DNA of 64,000 nt from Candidatus Binatia bacterium. Lineage in GTDB: Bacteria; Desulfobacterota; Binatia; UBA9968; JAJDTQ01. The translations under genes and the position numbers were made by a program. The notes below the pieces were generated by a model, which was given only the letters and a program-made list of their open reading frames with translations, did no database searches and had not been told where the DNA came from. The stretch lies in NCBI GenBank assembly GCA_963666515.2, contig OY762897.2, positions 2,304,001-2,368,000 of the forward strand, given 5' to 3'. Shown here piece after piece: positions 20,385-33,829 of this stretch. Numbering within the stretch: position 1 is the first letter of the stretch; every line of letters begins with the position of its first letter.

Positions 20385-20761
20385 AGCTCTTCCTCCTCCA
20401 ACTGCGCAGGCGGCCCCGCCCGGTGGGTCTTCACCTCGCCGCGCCGCCGCCGCGCGTACTCCTGCACGCGCCGCCTAGCGGCATCGAATGCGTCGCGGAT
20501 GGCCACGTGAACGTCGTGGTGCGCCGCGGCCTGGCTGTTGTCGCGGTTCACCACCAGCTCACCGCCCGGCACCGTCAGGTCGATGCGGACGTTGTAGAGC
20601 CTGCCCTTGTGATGGTGACGGTGCGGCGCGGCCACCACCACCCGGCAACTCGTGATGCGGTCATAGAACTGATCGAGCTTCGCCGCCTTGTCGCGAACCG
20701 CCCGCTCGATGCCGCGAGAGGGTTCCACGTCGCGAAAGGTCACTTGCACTTCGAGTTTCAT
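20381..20761 (-). CDS. HPF/RaiA family ribosome-associated protein (S30EA domain)
   Basis: MKLEVQVTFRDVEPS..RITSCRVVV..HRHHHKG..VRIDLTVPG..AIRDAFDAARR. Confidence 0.85.
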   Translation of the reverse strand: MKLEVQVTFRDVEPSRGIERAVRDKAAKLDQFYDRITSCRVVVAAPHRHHHKGRLYNVRIDLTVPGGELVVNRDNSQAAAHHDVHVAIRDAFDAARRRVQEYARRRRGEVKTHRAGPPAQLEEEEL

Positions 20762-20867
20762 CGGCCCCCCTTTTGATCCCTTCTCCTTTTCTATAATCTT
20801 CGGCGATGGTGCGTCAATTGCCTGAAAGCCTCTGCCGGGGAAGCCGTCTCCGCGGGCAAGGACTTCC

Positions 20868-23846
20868 ATGAGCGGGCGCAGCCTCACGGGGTTCCCGCCT
20901 TCGGAGCGGCGCCGGCTGCAACGCCTGGCGCAATCGGCGCCGTCTCCGGACGCCGCGCTGGTGCAGCTCGGTCGGCTCGTGGAAACCGCCGGCCGCGCGC
21001 CTCTGGCGGACCTCGCGCCGGCCGAGCTGCGGCTCCTGCTCCGGGTCCTCGGCGGCAGCGCCTACCTCGGCGACATCCTCATCGGCGAAGGCGCGTCGTG
21101 GGCGGAGACCTTCACCCAAGCCATAAGGACGGGACCCAGGACGGCCGCCGGCCATGCCGCGGCGTTCGGCCGGGTCCCCCGGCAGGAGACCCCGGCGCGG
21201 TTCTACCGCAGGCTTCGGCGTCACAAGCGGCGGGAGTTCCTGCGCATCGGCGCCCGCGACCTCGGGTCGCTGGCGCCGGTGGAAGAAACCATGGGGGAGC
21301 TGACGACCCTCGCGGACTTCGCGCTGGACGCAGCCTGCCGGTTCTGCCGGGCGGACCTGGAACGGCGGCACGGCCGGGTGAGGCTTCCGGGCGCCTCGCG
21401 GGACAACCGCTTCGTCGTGCTCGGCATGGGCAAGCTCGGCGGTCGGGAGCTCAACTTCAGCTCGGACATCGACCTCATCTACCTTTACGAGACCGATGAG
21501 CCGGCGCGCCGCGGCGCCGTCCCGCCCACGGAATTTTTCGGCCAGCTCGCGGAACGCCTGACCCAGGCCATGGGCGAGGTGACCGAGGACGGCCTGGTGT
21601 TCCGCACCGACCTGCGGCTTCGGCCGATGGGGAGCCAGGGACCCGCGGCGCAACCGGTGGCCGCGGCCCTGCTCTACTACGAGTCCTGGGGGCTGTGCTG
21701 GGAGCGGGCGGCCCTGATCAAGGCGAGGCCCGTGGCCGGGGACCTGGAGTTGGGCGAGGCGTTTCTGGACGACGTGAGGCCGTTCGTCTACCGCCGTTAC
21801 CTGGACTTTTCCACGGTGGAGGAGCTGCGCGACATGAAGACGCGCATCGAGCGGCAACAGCTCGCCGACGGCGACGGCCGGAAGCGGAACCTCAAGCTCG
21901 GTCACGGAGGCATCCGCGAGGTCGAGTTCTTTACCCAGGCCCTGCAGCTCGTGAACGGCGGCTACGACCCGCACATCCGCAAGCGGGGCACGCTGGACGC
22001 CCTGGCGGAGCTGGCCCGGCACGGCTACGTGCCGGCGACGGAGAGCGAGGCGCTGAGCGCCGCCTACCGGTTCCTTCGCGACGCGGAGCACAAGCTCCAG
22101 ATATTCGCCCACCAGCAGACCCACGCGATCCCCCGCGAAGCAGACCGGGAACGCGCCCTGGCGCGGCGGCTGGGCTACATCCGCGAGCCCGGCGGGGAGG
22201 CCGGCGCCTTCTGGGCGGACTACCGGAGGCACACGGAAGCCGTCCACGCGGCCTTCGAGCGGCTCTTCTACAGCGCGCGGAAGGAGTTCTCGGCCGAGGG
22301 AGACCTCCAAGTCTGGCAAGACCTGGAGCAGCGGGAACGGGTCATCGGGGAGCTGGAAGAACGCGGCTTCCCGGACGCCGCCAAGACCTACGGCGACCTG
22401 CTGGCGGTTCGGGACGGCAGCGGCGCCACGCCCCCCGGCCCCAGGCGCCGCAAGGTCATGCGGGACCTCATGCCGGCGCTGATGAGGACCATCCTGGACT
22501 CCGCGGAACCGCAGCAGGCGCTGCACCACATGGCCGAGTTCGGCCGCCGCATCGGCGCCCGCACCGGGTTCCTGTCACTGCTGGCGGAGAACCCCGGCAC
22601 CACGCGCCTGCTCATCGATCTGTTCGCCAACAGCCGCTTCCTGTCGGTGCTGTTCGTGAACCGGCCCGAGTTGCTCGACAGCCTGATCCGGGTGGACCTC
22701 ACCCGCGTCGCCAAGACCCGGGCCGAGATGCTGGACGAGCTGAACGCATCCATCGCGGAAGCCGCGGACGTCGAGGACGGCCTCGACCGCCTGAGACGCT
22801 ACCGCACCGAGGAGTTCATCCGGCTGGGCCTCCACGATCTCGGCGGCGAGCTGGGCTTCGCCGAAGCCGTCGCGCAACTGACCGGACTGGCGGAGGCCTG
22901 TCTGGAGGCGGCCCTGGGCTTGGCGCGGAGCGAAACGGACCGCCGGCACGGCGCCCTGGAGGCCGGGCGCTTCGCGGTGCTGGCCATGGGCAAGCTCGGC
23001 GAGGCGCAGCTCGAATACAACTCCGACCTCGACCTCATCTTCCTTTACGACGGTCCCGATGGCGTCGAGACCCGCGGCGGCCTCAGCGCCCACGAGTACG
23101 ACGTGCAACTGGGGCAGCGGCTCATCACCTGTCTTTCAGCGCCGACCGCGGAAGGCATCGCCTATCAGCTCGACATGCGGTTGCGCCCCTCGGGACGGTC
23201 CGGCCCGCTGGTCTCCTCCATCGAAGCGTTCCGGCGCTACCACGAGACCAGCTCGCAGTTGTGGGAACGGCAGGCGCTGATCCGGGCTCGTTTCGTGGCC
23301 GGTGACGCACGGCTCGGCGCCGAGGCCGAGGCCATCGCCGAACGCTTCGCATACCAGGACAACTTCAGCGACGAGGATCTGGCCGAGATCGACCGGCTGC
23401 GCATGCGCATGGAGCGGGAGCTGGCGCGGGAGGACGGCTCCCGCTTCGACGTGAAGACCGGGCGGGGCGGGTTGATCGACGTGGAGTTCCTGGTGCAGAT
23501 GCTGCAACTGCGCTTCGGGCACGAACATGCCGCGCTGCGCCAACGGGACACCCTCGGCGCGGCCGCGGCCCTTCGGGAACTGCGCCTTCTCGGGGCTCGG
23601 GACCACCGGACCCTGGCAGAGGGCTATGCGTTCCTGCGCCGCCTAGGCCACCGCCTGCGGATCGAGCGCGACCACGACACCCACGTTCTCGAACGCGAGC
23701 CCGGCAAGCTTCGGGCCGTGGCGCTGGCTCTGGGCTATGAAGAAAAGGGCCGCAGGTCTGCGGGCGCGGCGCTGCTGCGGGACTACGAGAAACGCCGGGA
23801 GCGCATCCGGGCGTGCTACGACAGGTTCTTTTCGGGCGGCGGGTGA
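20868..23846 (+). CDS. glnE: Bifunctional glutamine synthetase adenylyltransferase/adenylyl-removing enzyme
   Basis: Two NT domains: GMGKLGGRELNFSSDIDL..DLRLRP..KLGHGGIREVEF and AMGKLG..YNSDLDL..DMRLRPSG..GGLIDVEF. Confidence 0.95.
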   Translation: MSGRSLTGFPPSERRRLQRLAQSAPSPDAALVQLGRLVETAGRAPLADLAPAELRLLLRVLGGSAYLGDILIGEGASWAETFTQAIRTGPRTAAGHAAAFGRVPRQETPARFYRRLRRHKRREFLRIGARDLGSLAPVEETMGELTTLADFALDAACRFCRADLERRHGRVRLPGASRDNRFVVLGMGKLGGRELNFSSDIDLIYLYETDEPARRGAVPPTEFFGQLAERLTQAMGEVTEDGLVFRTDLRLRPMGSQGPAAQPVAAALLYYESWGLCWERAALIKARPVAGDLELGEAFLDDVRPFVYRRYLDFSTVEELRDMKTRIERQQLADGDGRKRNLKLGHGGIREVEFFTQALQLVNGGYDPHIRKRGTLDALAELARHGYVPATESEALSAAYRFLRDAEHKLQIFAHQQTHAIPREADRERALARRLGYIREPGGEAGAFWADYRRHTEAVHAAFERLFYSARKEFSAEGDLQVWQDLEQRERVIGELEERGFPDAAKTYGDLLAVRDGSGATPPGPRRRKVMRDLMPALMRTILDSAEPQQALHHMAEFGRRIGARTGFLSLLAENPGTTRLLIDLFANSRFLSVLFVNRPELLDSLIRVDLTRVAKTRAEMLDELNASIAEAADVEDGLDRLRRYRTEEFIRLGLHDLGGELGFAEAVAQLTGLAEACLEAALGLARSETDRRHGALEAGRFAVLAMGKLGEAQLEYNSDLDLIFLYDGPDGVETRGGLSAHEYDVQLGQRLITCLSAPTAEGIAYQLDMRLRPSGRSGPLVSSIEAFRRYHETSSQLWERQALIRARFVAGDARLGAEAEAIAERFAYQDNFSDEDLAEIDRLRMRMERELAREDGSRFDVKTGRGGLIDVEFLVQMLQLRFGHEHAALRQRDTLGAAAALRELRLLGARDHRTLAEGYAFLRRLGHRLRIERDHDTHVLEREPGKLRAVALALGYEEKGRRSAGAALLRDYEKRRERIRACYDRFFSGGG

Positions 23847-23864
23847 CCCTTCGACTTCGCTCCG

Positions 23865-23868
<4 letters not shown>
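23847..23868 (+). repeat. Truncated copy of the TTCGAC REP-like family
   Basis: CCCTTCGACTTCGCTCCGCTAC between convergent stop codons. Confidence 0.6.
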
Positions 23869-25291
<1,423 letters not shown>

Positions 25292-25438
25292 TCAGTAACA
25301 CGGAAACCGGCAGCCATCAAGGTGAACCTTTCCCGAACGCCTCCGTCAAGGGCAACTGGCAACGATGCGGCCAATACCGTACAATGAGGAACGGGTCAGC
25401 CGTTGCCCCCCACGGCGCCACGGACACCGGGAGACTTC

Positions 25439-26842
25439 ATGCCCAACCCAGGAACCGACGACAATCCCCTCCGAGTCGCCATCATAGGCTCGGGGCCGGC
25501 AGGCTTCTACGTCGTCGAACGGTTGTTTCGCGAGCAGGGACTGAGCGTCGAGATCGACATGTTCGACGAGTTGGCGACTCCGTTCGGTCTGGTTCGGGGA
25601 GGCGTGGCTCCGGACCATCAGAAGATCAAGTCGGTGGCGCGGGTCTATGACCGCAACGCCCGGAAACCCAATTTCCGCTTCTACGGCAACGTCAGCTACG
25701 GCCGGGACATCCACCTGAGCGACCTCGAGGACTGCTACCACCAGGTCTGCTTCACCACCGGCGCCCAGACCGACCGCAGTCTCGGCATTCCCGGCGAGGA
25801 CCTCCGGGGCAGCCACGCCGCCACCGAGTTCGTGGCGTGGTACAACGGGCACCCCGATTTCCGTGACCGCCGCTTCGACCTGTCCGGCGAGAACGCCGCG
25901 GTCATCGGCGTCGGCAACGTCGCCATCGACGTGGCCCGCATCCTGTGCCGGAGCTACGAGGAGCTGGCCGTCACCGACATCGCGGACTACGCGCTGGAGG
26001 CGCTGCGCCAGAGCAGCATCCGCAACGTCTACCTCATCGGCCGCCGGGGCCCGGCCCAGGCCGCTTTCACGAACCCCGAGATCAAGGAGATGGGGGAGCT
26101 GGCCGACGCCGACGTGGAGATCCTCCCCGAAGAGGCCAAGCTCGATGACCTCAGCCGGGCGTACGTGGAAGCGCACCCGGACAAGGCTCTGCTCCGCAAG
26201 ATCGAGATCCTCCAGAGCTACGCCGGCCGGCCGCCCACCGGCAAATCGCGCCGGCTCAGCATCCGCTTCCTGCTGTCGCCGGCGGAGATCATCGGCGACG
26301 CCGAAGGCCGGGTACGCGCCCTCCGCTTGACCAGGAACGAACTCCACGCCGACAACGGCTCCCTGCGGCCGCGCGCCACGAACGAGCACGAAACCATCCC
26401 CGCGGAAATCGTCTTCCGGTCCGTGGGCTACCTCGGCGTGGCCCTGCCCGATGTCCCCTTCGACGAACGGCAGGGAGTGATCCCCAACGACCGAGGGCGG
26501 GTGCTGGCGGGAGCGGGCAAGGATCCGCTCACCGGCCTCTACGCTTCCGGATGGATCAAACGGGGACCCACCGGCGTCATCGGCACCAACAAGCCCGATG
26601 CCGCGGAAACCGTCGAACGCATGCTGGAGGACCTACAAGCCGGCGCCACCCTGCATCCCGGCCGCCCCGGCGTGGCCGCAGCCGAGGCGCTGGTGCGGGA
26701 GCGCCAGCCCGACTACGTTTCCTACGACGACTGGCTCCGTCTCGATGACATCGAGACCGCCCGCGGCAAGAAGCATGGACGCCCGCGGGTCAAGCTCACC
26801 CGCACCGAGGACATGCTCGCGGCGCTGAGGGCAGCGGACTAG
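25439..26842 (+). CDS. Ferredoxin-NADP+ reductase, adrenodoxin reductase/FprA type
   Basis: IGSGPAG, PFGLVRGGVAPDH, FVAWYNGHP, IGVGNVAIDVAR, GRRGP, GWIKRGPTGVIGTN. Confidence 0.9.
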   Translation: MPNPGTDDNPLRVAIIGSGPAGFYVVERLFREQGLSVEIDMFDELATPFGLVRGGVAPDHQKIKSVARVYDRNARKPNFRFYGNVSYGRDIHLSDLEDCYHQVCFTTGAQTDRSLGIPGEDLRGSHAATEFVAWYNGHPDFRDRRFDLSGENAAVIGVGNVAIDVARILCRSYEELAVTDIADYALEALRQSSIRNVYLIGRRGPAQAAFTNPEIKEMGELADADVEILPEEAKLDDLSRAYVEAHPDKALLRKIEILQSYAGRPPTGKSRRLSIRFLLSPAEIIGDAEGRVRALRLTRNELHADNGSLRPRATNEHETIPAEIVFRSVGYLGVALPDVPFDERQGVIPNDRGRVLAGAGKDPLTGLYASGWIKRGPTGVIGTNKPDAAETVERMLEDLQAGATLHPGRPGVAAAEALVRERQPDYVSYDDWLRLDDIETARGKKHGRPRVKLTRTEDMLAALRAAD

Positions 26843-26884
26843 GAGCACAGGCCCGCCCGAATCCGGATGGCCATTCCGATCCAA

Positions 26885-27035
26885 CCGTCATCCCGGGCAT
26901 TCATGTCATGAAATCACCCCGGGCTTGACTCGGGGTGACGTTTTCCGTCATTCCGGGCTTGACCCGGAATCCAGACGTCCGTTTTCTGGACCCCGGATCA
27001 GGTCCGGGGTGACGGTGCGGGGGTCCGGGGTGACG
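26885..27035. repeat. Cluster of palindromic elements (GTCATTCCGGGCTTGACCCGGAATCCA ... TGGACCCCGGATCAGGTCCGGGGTGAC)
   Basis: Several full and partial hairpin units between convergent genes; related unit at 63677-63703. Confidence 0.7.
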
Positions 27036-27056
27036 ATCGGCCCTGCCGCGAGGTTC

Positions 27057-27752
27057 CTAGTCGTTTCCGAGCAGCGCCGCGGCAGCACGGTCTGCGATCA
27101 CCACCGCGGCGTGGGAGGCGACGCGGCCTGCGGGAATGGCGGCATCCCCTTCGCGCAACCGCGCCAGCATCTTCCGCTTGTCGTCGCCGGTCACCACCCA
27201 GAGGATCTGCCGCGCACTGTCCAGGACCGGATAGGTCAAGGTCATGCGCCGCCGTCCCTGGTAGGTATCGGTCACGGCCACCGGGACGTCGCGGACATCC
27301 AACTCCGGCGCGCCCGGAACCAGGGAGGCAGTGTGACCGTCCGGTCCCAGGCCGAGGTGCGCCAGATCGAGCCGGTCGGACGGTTCCGTCAGCCGGCGGA
27401 GGGTGCCGGCGTATTCCCGTGCCGCGGCGTCGAGATCGTCCGTCTCCACCGGCATGGCGTGTATCTGCGCGGATCCGAGTGGCGCGTGTTTCAGGCTTTC
27501 CCGCAGATGCGTGAGGTTCCGGTCCGGGTGCCCCTCCGGGGCCACGCGCTCGTCCACCTGCACGATCTCCACCGCCTGCCAGGGAACGTCTTCCTTCGCC
27601 AACGCGCGCAGCATGACCCAAGGGGTACGGCCGCCGCTCACGGCGAAGACGAACCGGCCGCGGGCGCTCACCGCCGCGCGCGCGGCGTCGGCGATGAAGG
27701 CCGCGGCGCGGTGCGCCACCGACTCCGCATCGGGAAGCACCTCGATGTTCAT
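27057..27752 (-). CDS. pgl: 6-phosphogluconolactonase
   Basis: AVSGGRTP, VDERV, LGLGPDGHTASL, RMTLTYP; downstream of gnd. Confidence 0.9.
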   Translation of the reverse strand: MNIEVLPDAESVAHRAAAFIADAARAAVSARGRFVFAVSGGRTPWVMLRALAKEDVPWQAVEIVQVDERVAPEGHPDRNLTHLRESLKHAPLGSAQIHAMPVETDDLDAAAREYAGTLRRLTEPSDRLDLAHLGLGPDGHTASLVPGAPELDVRDVPVAVTDTYQGRRRMTLTYPVLDSARQILWVVTGDDKRKMLARLREGDAAIPAGRVASHAAVVIADRAAAALLGND

Positions 27753-27808
27753 GAGCGTGTCAAGAGATTCGCGATCCAGGGCGCATGGCCAAAACCGCAG
27801 CCCTCTCG

Positions 27809-28828
27809 CTATTTCTTGCCGGGCAGCTCCTCGTGGCCGCCGAACTGGAAGCGCATGGCCGAGAGCAGCTTGTCGGCGTAGTCGGCCTCGCCGCGGGAGC
27901 TGAAGCGCTCGAACAGGGCGGCGGTGAGGACGTGGGCGGGCACCGCCTCGTCCACCGCGGCCTGGATGGTCCAGCGCCCTTCCCCGGAATCGGACACCCG
28001 CCCCGCGAACCGCTCCAACCCCGGGTCGTCCAGCAGCGCGTTGGCGGTGAGGTCCAGCAGCCAGGACGCCACCACGCTGCCGCGGCGCCACAGCTCCGCC
28101 ACCTCACCCACGTCGAAGTCGTACTGGTAGTGCTCCGGGTGCCGCAAAGGCGTCTGCTCCGCGCTGGCCTCGTGGCCCTGCTTGCCGACGTTGGCGTGCT
28201 TCAGGATGTTGAAGCCCTCGGCGTAGGCCGCCATGATGCCGTACTCGATGCCGTTGTGGATCATCTTGACGAAGTGTCCGGCGCCGTTGGGGCCGCAGTG
28301 CAGGTAGCCGTGCTCCGCGGTGCCCTTGCCCGGCTCCCGCCCCGGCGTGCGCGGCGCCTCGTCGATGCTGGGCGCCAGCGCCGCGAAGATCGGATCGAGG
28401 TGCTGCACCACGCCCGGCTCGCCGCCGATCATCTGGCAGTAGCCCCGCTCCAGGCCCCACACGCCGCCGCTGGTGCCCACGTCCACGTAGTGGAGGCCCC
28501 GGGGCGCCAGCTCCCTGGCGCGCCGGATGTCGTCGATGTAGTAGGAATTGCCGCCGTCGATGAGGATGTCGTCTTGCTCCAGACGGTCCACGAAGGACTC
28601 GATGGTCCGGTCCACCACCGCCGCGGGCACCATCATCCACACCGCCCGGGGCTTCTCCAGTTTCGCCACCAGCTCCTCCAGCGAGCCGCTCCCCACCGCG
28701 CCCTCCTCCGCCAGTCCCCGGACCGCGTCGGCGTGCATGTCGAAGGCCACCACCTCGTGCCCGGCCTTGATCAGCCGCCGCGCCATGTTGCCGCCCATCC
28801 TTCCCAAACCGATGATGCCCAACTGCAT
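27809..28828 (-). CDS. gnd: 6-phosphogluconate dehydrogenase (decarboxylating, short YqeC/GntZ type)
   Basis: IGLGRMG, IDGGNS, DVGTSGG, GAGHFVKMIHNGIEYG, DSGEGRW, FGGH. Confidence 0.93.
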   Translation of the reverse strand: MQLGIIGLGRMGGNMARRLIKAGHEVVAFDMHADAVRGLAEEGAVGSGSLEELVAKLEKPRAVWMMVPAAVVDRTIESFVDRLEQDDILIDGGNSYYIDDIRRARELAPRGLHYVDVGTSGGVWGLERGYCQMIGGEPGVVQHLDPIFAALAPSIDEAPRTPGREPGKGTAEHGYLHCGPNGAGHFVKMIHNGIEYGIMAAYAEGFNILKHANVGKQGHEASAEQTPLRHPEHYQYDFDVGEVAELWRRGSVVASWLLDLTANALLDDPGLERFAGRVSDSGEGRWTIQAAVDEAVPAHVLTAALFERFSSRGEADYADKLLSAMRFQFGGHEELPGKK

Positions 28829-28883
28829 GCGAACCTCCTTGGACAAGGTCCTTGCCTGGGAGCCCGTCCGAGTAGTCGAATTT

Positions 28884-28907
28884 CAGGGGGCGACCCGCGG
28901 TCGCCCT
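28884..28907 (+). repeat. GTAG-type REP-like palindrome
   Basis: GGGGCGACCCGCGGTCGCCCT, identical core to 35974-35997. Confidence 0.6.
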
Positions 28908-29042
28908 GGTGTCCTGCCAACTGTTTCATCTTAGCACACCAACCTTTCCAGCAGGACACGGTGCACGACCGCGGCCTCCCCGCGAGCACGACGGGCGGAC
29001 ACGATAGTATTACCCTTGGGGATACGATAGATTGACCGCGCA

Positions 29043-30881
<1,839 letters not shown>

Positions 30882-30986
30882 GCCGGGTTGCGGCAACTCC
30901 TGGATTCACGTAAAGACCAGCCGGAAACCACAGCAGGGGTACGTGAAACGCGGCCCCGAGCCCATCGGGAAGAACGGAGGAAGACC

Positions 30987-32081
30987 ATGTTTTCAAGAGT
31001 GCTCGTGACATTGGCGGTGCTTGGCCTCGCCCTGCCTGCTTTCGCGGAAGAGAAGATTTCCCCGGCGCTTCAGAAGGTCATCGAAGCGGCCAAGAAGGAA
31101 GGCGAGCTCAAGATACAGTGGACGCCCGGACGCCTTGGTGGAGACGTCGGTCTCCGCAAGATGGTCGCGGCATTGAACAAGCGCTACGGGACCGATCTCA
31201 AGGTCCGGTACACGCCCGGGCCGAGCTTCCCGCGCATGACCGCCAAGCTGCTGCAGGAGCAAGCCGCCGGCCAGCCGGCCAGCAGCGACATCCACCTGGG
31301 CACCTCGAACCACATCTCCCAGGGCACGGCCAAGGGCATGCTCACGCTGCTCGACTGGGAGGGATTGCTGGAGCGGCCCAACCCCAAGGGCGCCAACATC
31401 AACCGGACCGCCCCCAAGGGCGCCGCGGTGGCCATCGCCTCGCGCGTGGTGGGCATCTCCTACAACTCGCGGCTGGTCAAGGGCGATGACGTTCCCAAGA
31501 GCATGGAAGACGTCTTCAAGCCCAAGTTCAAGGGCAAGATCGCTTCCACCCCTTACGCTACCGGTCTTTACCAGTTCGCCGCCGACGACATGCTCGGGCG
31601 CGAGCGCATGACCGACTACACCAAGCGCCTGGCCGCGCACATCGGCGGACTCATGCTCTGCAATGCCCAGGAGCGCATCGCCAGCGGCGAGTTCCTGATG
31701 CTGGTGTTCGACTGCGGCCACGACGACGCCCTGCGCATGACCCGCAAGGGCGCGCCGGTCAAGCAGGCCACCATCAAGGAGATCTCGCGGATCAACGTCA
31801 TGTACCTGGGCGTGCCCAAGCACGCGCAACGCCCCAACGCCGCCATCCTGTTCGCGAACTTCATGAACACGGCGGAGGGCCAGAAGCTCCAGTGGGACCT
31901 GGGCGGTCATGACCTGCACATCTACCCGGAGGCCAACACGCGCAAGCCGGTCCTGGATATCGTCAAGGGCGGCGGCCTGCTCTTCATCGACACGGTGGAG
32001 CGCAACAACACGCATGACCCCAAGGCGCTCCGGAAGATCCAGGCGGAGTTCCGCAAGATCCTGAAGAAGGGCGGGAAGTAG
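30987..32081 (+). CDS. ABC transporter substrate-binding protein (iron/thiamine/polyamine class)
   Basis: Signal peptide; AAKKEGEL, YNSRLV..PKS, PNAAILFANFM..EGQ; first gene of ABC operon. Confidence 0.8.
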   Translation: MFSRVLVTLAVLGLALPAFAEEKISPALQKVIEAAKKEGELKIQWTPGRLGGDVGLRKMVAALNKRYGTDLKVRYTPGPSFPRMTAKLLQEQAAGQPASSDIHLGTSNHISQGTAKGMLTLLDWEGLLERPNPKGANINRTAPKGAAVAIASRVVGISYNSRLVKGDDVPKSMEDVFKPKFKGKIASTPYATGLYQFAADDMLGRERMTDYTKRLAAHIGGLMLCNAQERIASGEFLMLVFDCGHDDALRMTRKGAPVKQATIKEISRINVMYLGVPKHAQRPNAAILFANFMNTAEGQKLQWDLGGHDLHIYPEANTRKPVLDIVKGGGLLFIDTVERNNTHDPKALRKIQAEFRKILKKGGK

Positions 32082-32100
32082 TCAACCCGGCGGGTTACCC

Positions 32101-33813
32101 TTGCACCTCCCGCGTCTCAACGGCCGGGTTTCCCCTCTGCTGCCCGTCGCCTTGGCCCCCATGGGGCTCGTGGCGGTTTTCATCCTGGTAATCGTGTGGG
32201 TGAGCGTCCAGACCGGCACCCTGGGCACCGTCCACTCCGCCTACACCCTGGAGAACTACCGGGATGTCCTCGGTGATTCCGAAATCTATGACGTGATCTG
32301 GAACACGCTGTGGTTCGCGTGCTCCACGGTGTTCTTCGCGCTGATCATCGGCCTCCCCATCGCCTGGCTGACCGAGCGCACCACCATCCCGGGCAAGCCC
32401 GCCATCTACGTCATCATGACGCTGGGGCTCCTGATCCCCGGCATCTTCGTGGCCATGGGCTGGACGTTCATCGCCCACCCGCGCATCGGCTTCATCAACC
32501 GCTGGCTGGTGGACCTGCTGGCGCTCGACGACGGCCCGGTGAACATCGCCACGCCCGTGGGCATGGGCTTCGTGCAAGGGCTCAACCTGGCGCCGCTGGC
32601 GTTCATCCTCACCACGCAGATGTTCCGGGCCATGAACCCCATGCTGGAGGAGGCGGCGCGCACCGCCGGCATGAGCGCCGCGGCCACGCTGCGCCGGGTG
32701 ACCGTGCCTCTGGCCATGCCCGCCATCCTGGCCGCGGTCATCTACGTCTTCATCGTCGGCATCGCCACCTTCGACGTGCCCGCGGTCATCGGCCTGGGCA
32801 ACCGCGTCTACCTCTTCAGCACCTACCTTTTCACGATCACGTTTCCCGAGGACATGGAGCCCCGCTACGGCATCACCGGCGCGGTGGGCGTCCTCATGAT
32901 CGTGGTGGCGCTGGGGCTCACCGCCTTGTACGGCCGGGTGCTGCAGCGCGGCAACCGTTACCAGGTCATCACCGGCAAGGGCTACCGTCCCAAGCTGCTG
33001 GACCTGGGCGGGTGGAACTGGGCCGCCTGGGCGATGATCGGCCTCTACGCCGTCCTCTCCAAGCTCATCCCCATCGCGCTCGTCGGCTTCATCGCGTTCG
33101 CCCCCTACGTGGCGCCGCCGTCGCTGGAGATGTGGGAACAGCTCTCGCTCAACAACTTCCACAACGTCAACTGGGAGCTGGTGTGGCGCGGCATGAAGCA
33201 CACGCTGATCCTGATGTTCGTGGTGCCGCTGCTGGTGCTGGTGTGCGCCTTCGCCATCTCCTGGCTGGTGGTGCGCACCCGCAGCCGCGGGCGCTATGCC
33301 CTGGAGTTCGGCGCCTTCCTGCCCCACACCGTGCCCGAGCTGCTGTTCGCCATCGGCGCGCTGCTGGTGGCGCTGTTCGTGCTGAAGGACTACGTGCCGC
33401 TGTACGGCACCGTGTGGCTCATCGCGCTGGTGTACGTCGTCACCCGGCTGCCGTTCGCCACCCGCGCGCTCAACGGCGCGCTGCTGCAGATACACAAGGA
33501 GCTGGAAGAGGCCGCCTACGTGTCCGGGCTGACCATGCTGCGGGCCAGCCGGCGCGTGCTGCTGCCCTTGCTGCGCCCCACGCTCATGTCCGTGTGGATA
33601 TGGACCGCCCTGCTGGTCTACCGCGAGGTCACCGTCGCGGTGTTCCTGGCCACCGAGAGCAACATCACCCTCACCGCGGTGGTGTGGAGCTACTGGGCCG
33701 CGGCCGGCATGACCGAGGCGTCGGTGGTGACGACCCTGATGATCCTGTTCTTCTCGCCGCTGCTGCTGCTGTTCTGGATCTTCGGCCGGCGCAGCGCCCT
33801 GGCCGAGCAATGA
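32101..33813 (+). CDS. ABC transporter permease (fused double, FbpB-like)
   Basis: Hydrophobic; two EAA motifs LEEAARTAG and LEEAAYVSG. Confidence 0.9.
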   Translation: MHLPRLNGRVSPLLPVALAPMGLVAVFILVIVWVSVQTGTLGTVHSAYTLENYRDVLGDSEIYDVIWNTLWFACSTVFFALIIGLPIAWLTERTTIPGKPAIYVIMTLGLLIPGIFVAMGWTFIAHPRIGFINRWLVDLLALDDGPVNIATPVGMGFVQGLNLAPLAFILTTQMFRAMNPMLEEAARTAGMSAAATLRRVTVPLAMPAILAAVIYVFIVGIATFDVPAVIGLGNRVYLFSTYLFTITFPEDMEPRYGITGAVGVLMIVVALGLTALYGRVLQRGNRYQVITGKGYRPKLLDLGGWNWAAWAMIGLYAVLSKLIPIALVGFIAFAPYVAPPSLEMWEQLSLNNFHNVNWELVWRGMKHTLILMFVVPLLVLVCAFAISWLVVRTRSRGRYALEFGAFLPHTVPELLFAIGALLVALFVLKDYVPLYGTVWLIALVYVVTRLPFATRALNGALLQIHKELEEAAYVSGLTMLRASRRVLLPLLRPTLMSVWIWTALLVYREVTVAVFLATESNITLTAVVWSYWAAAGMTEASVVTTLMILFFSPLLLLFWIFGRRSALAEQ

Positions 33814-33829
33814 GGTGGATGGCGCCCTT

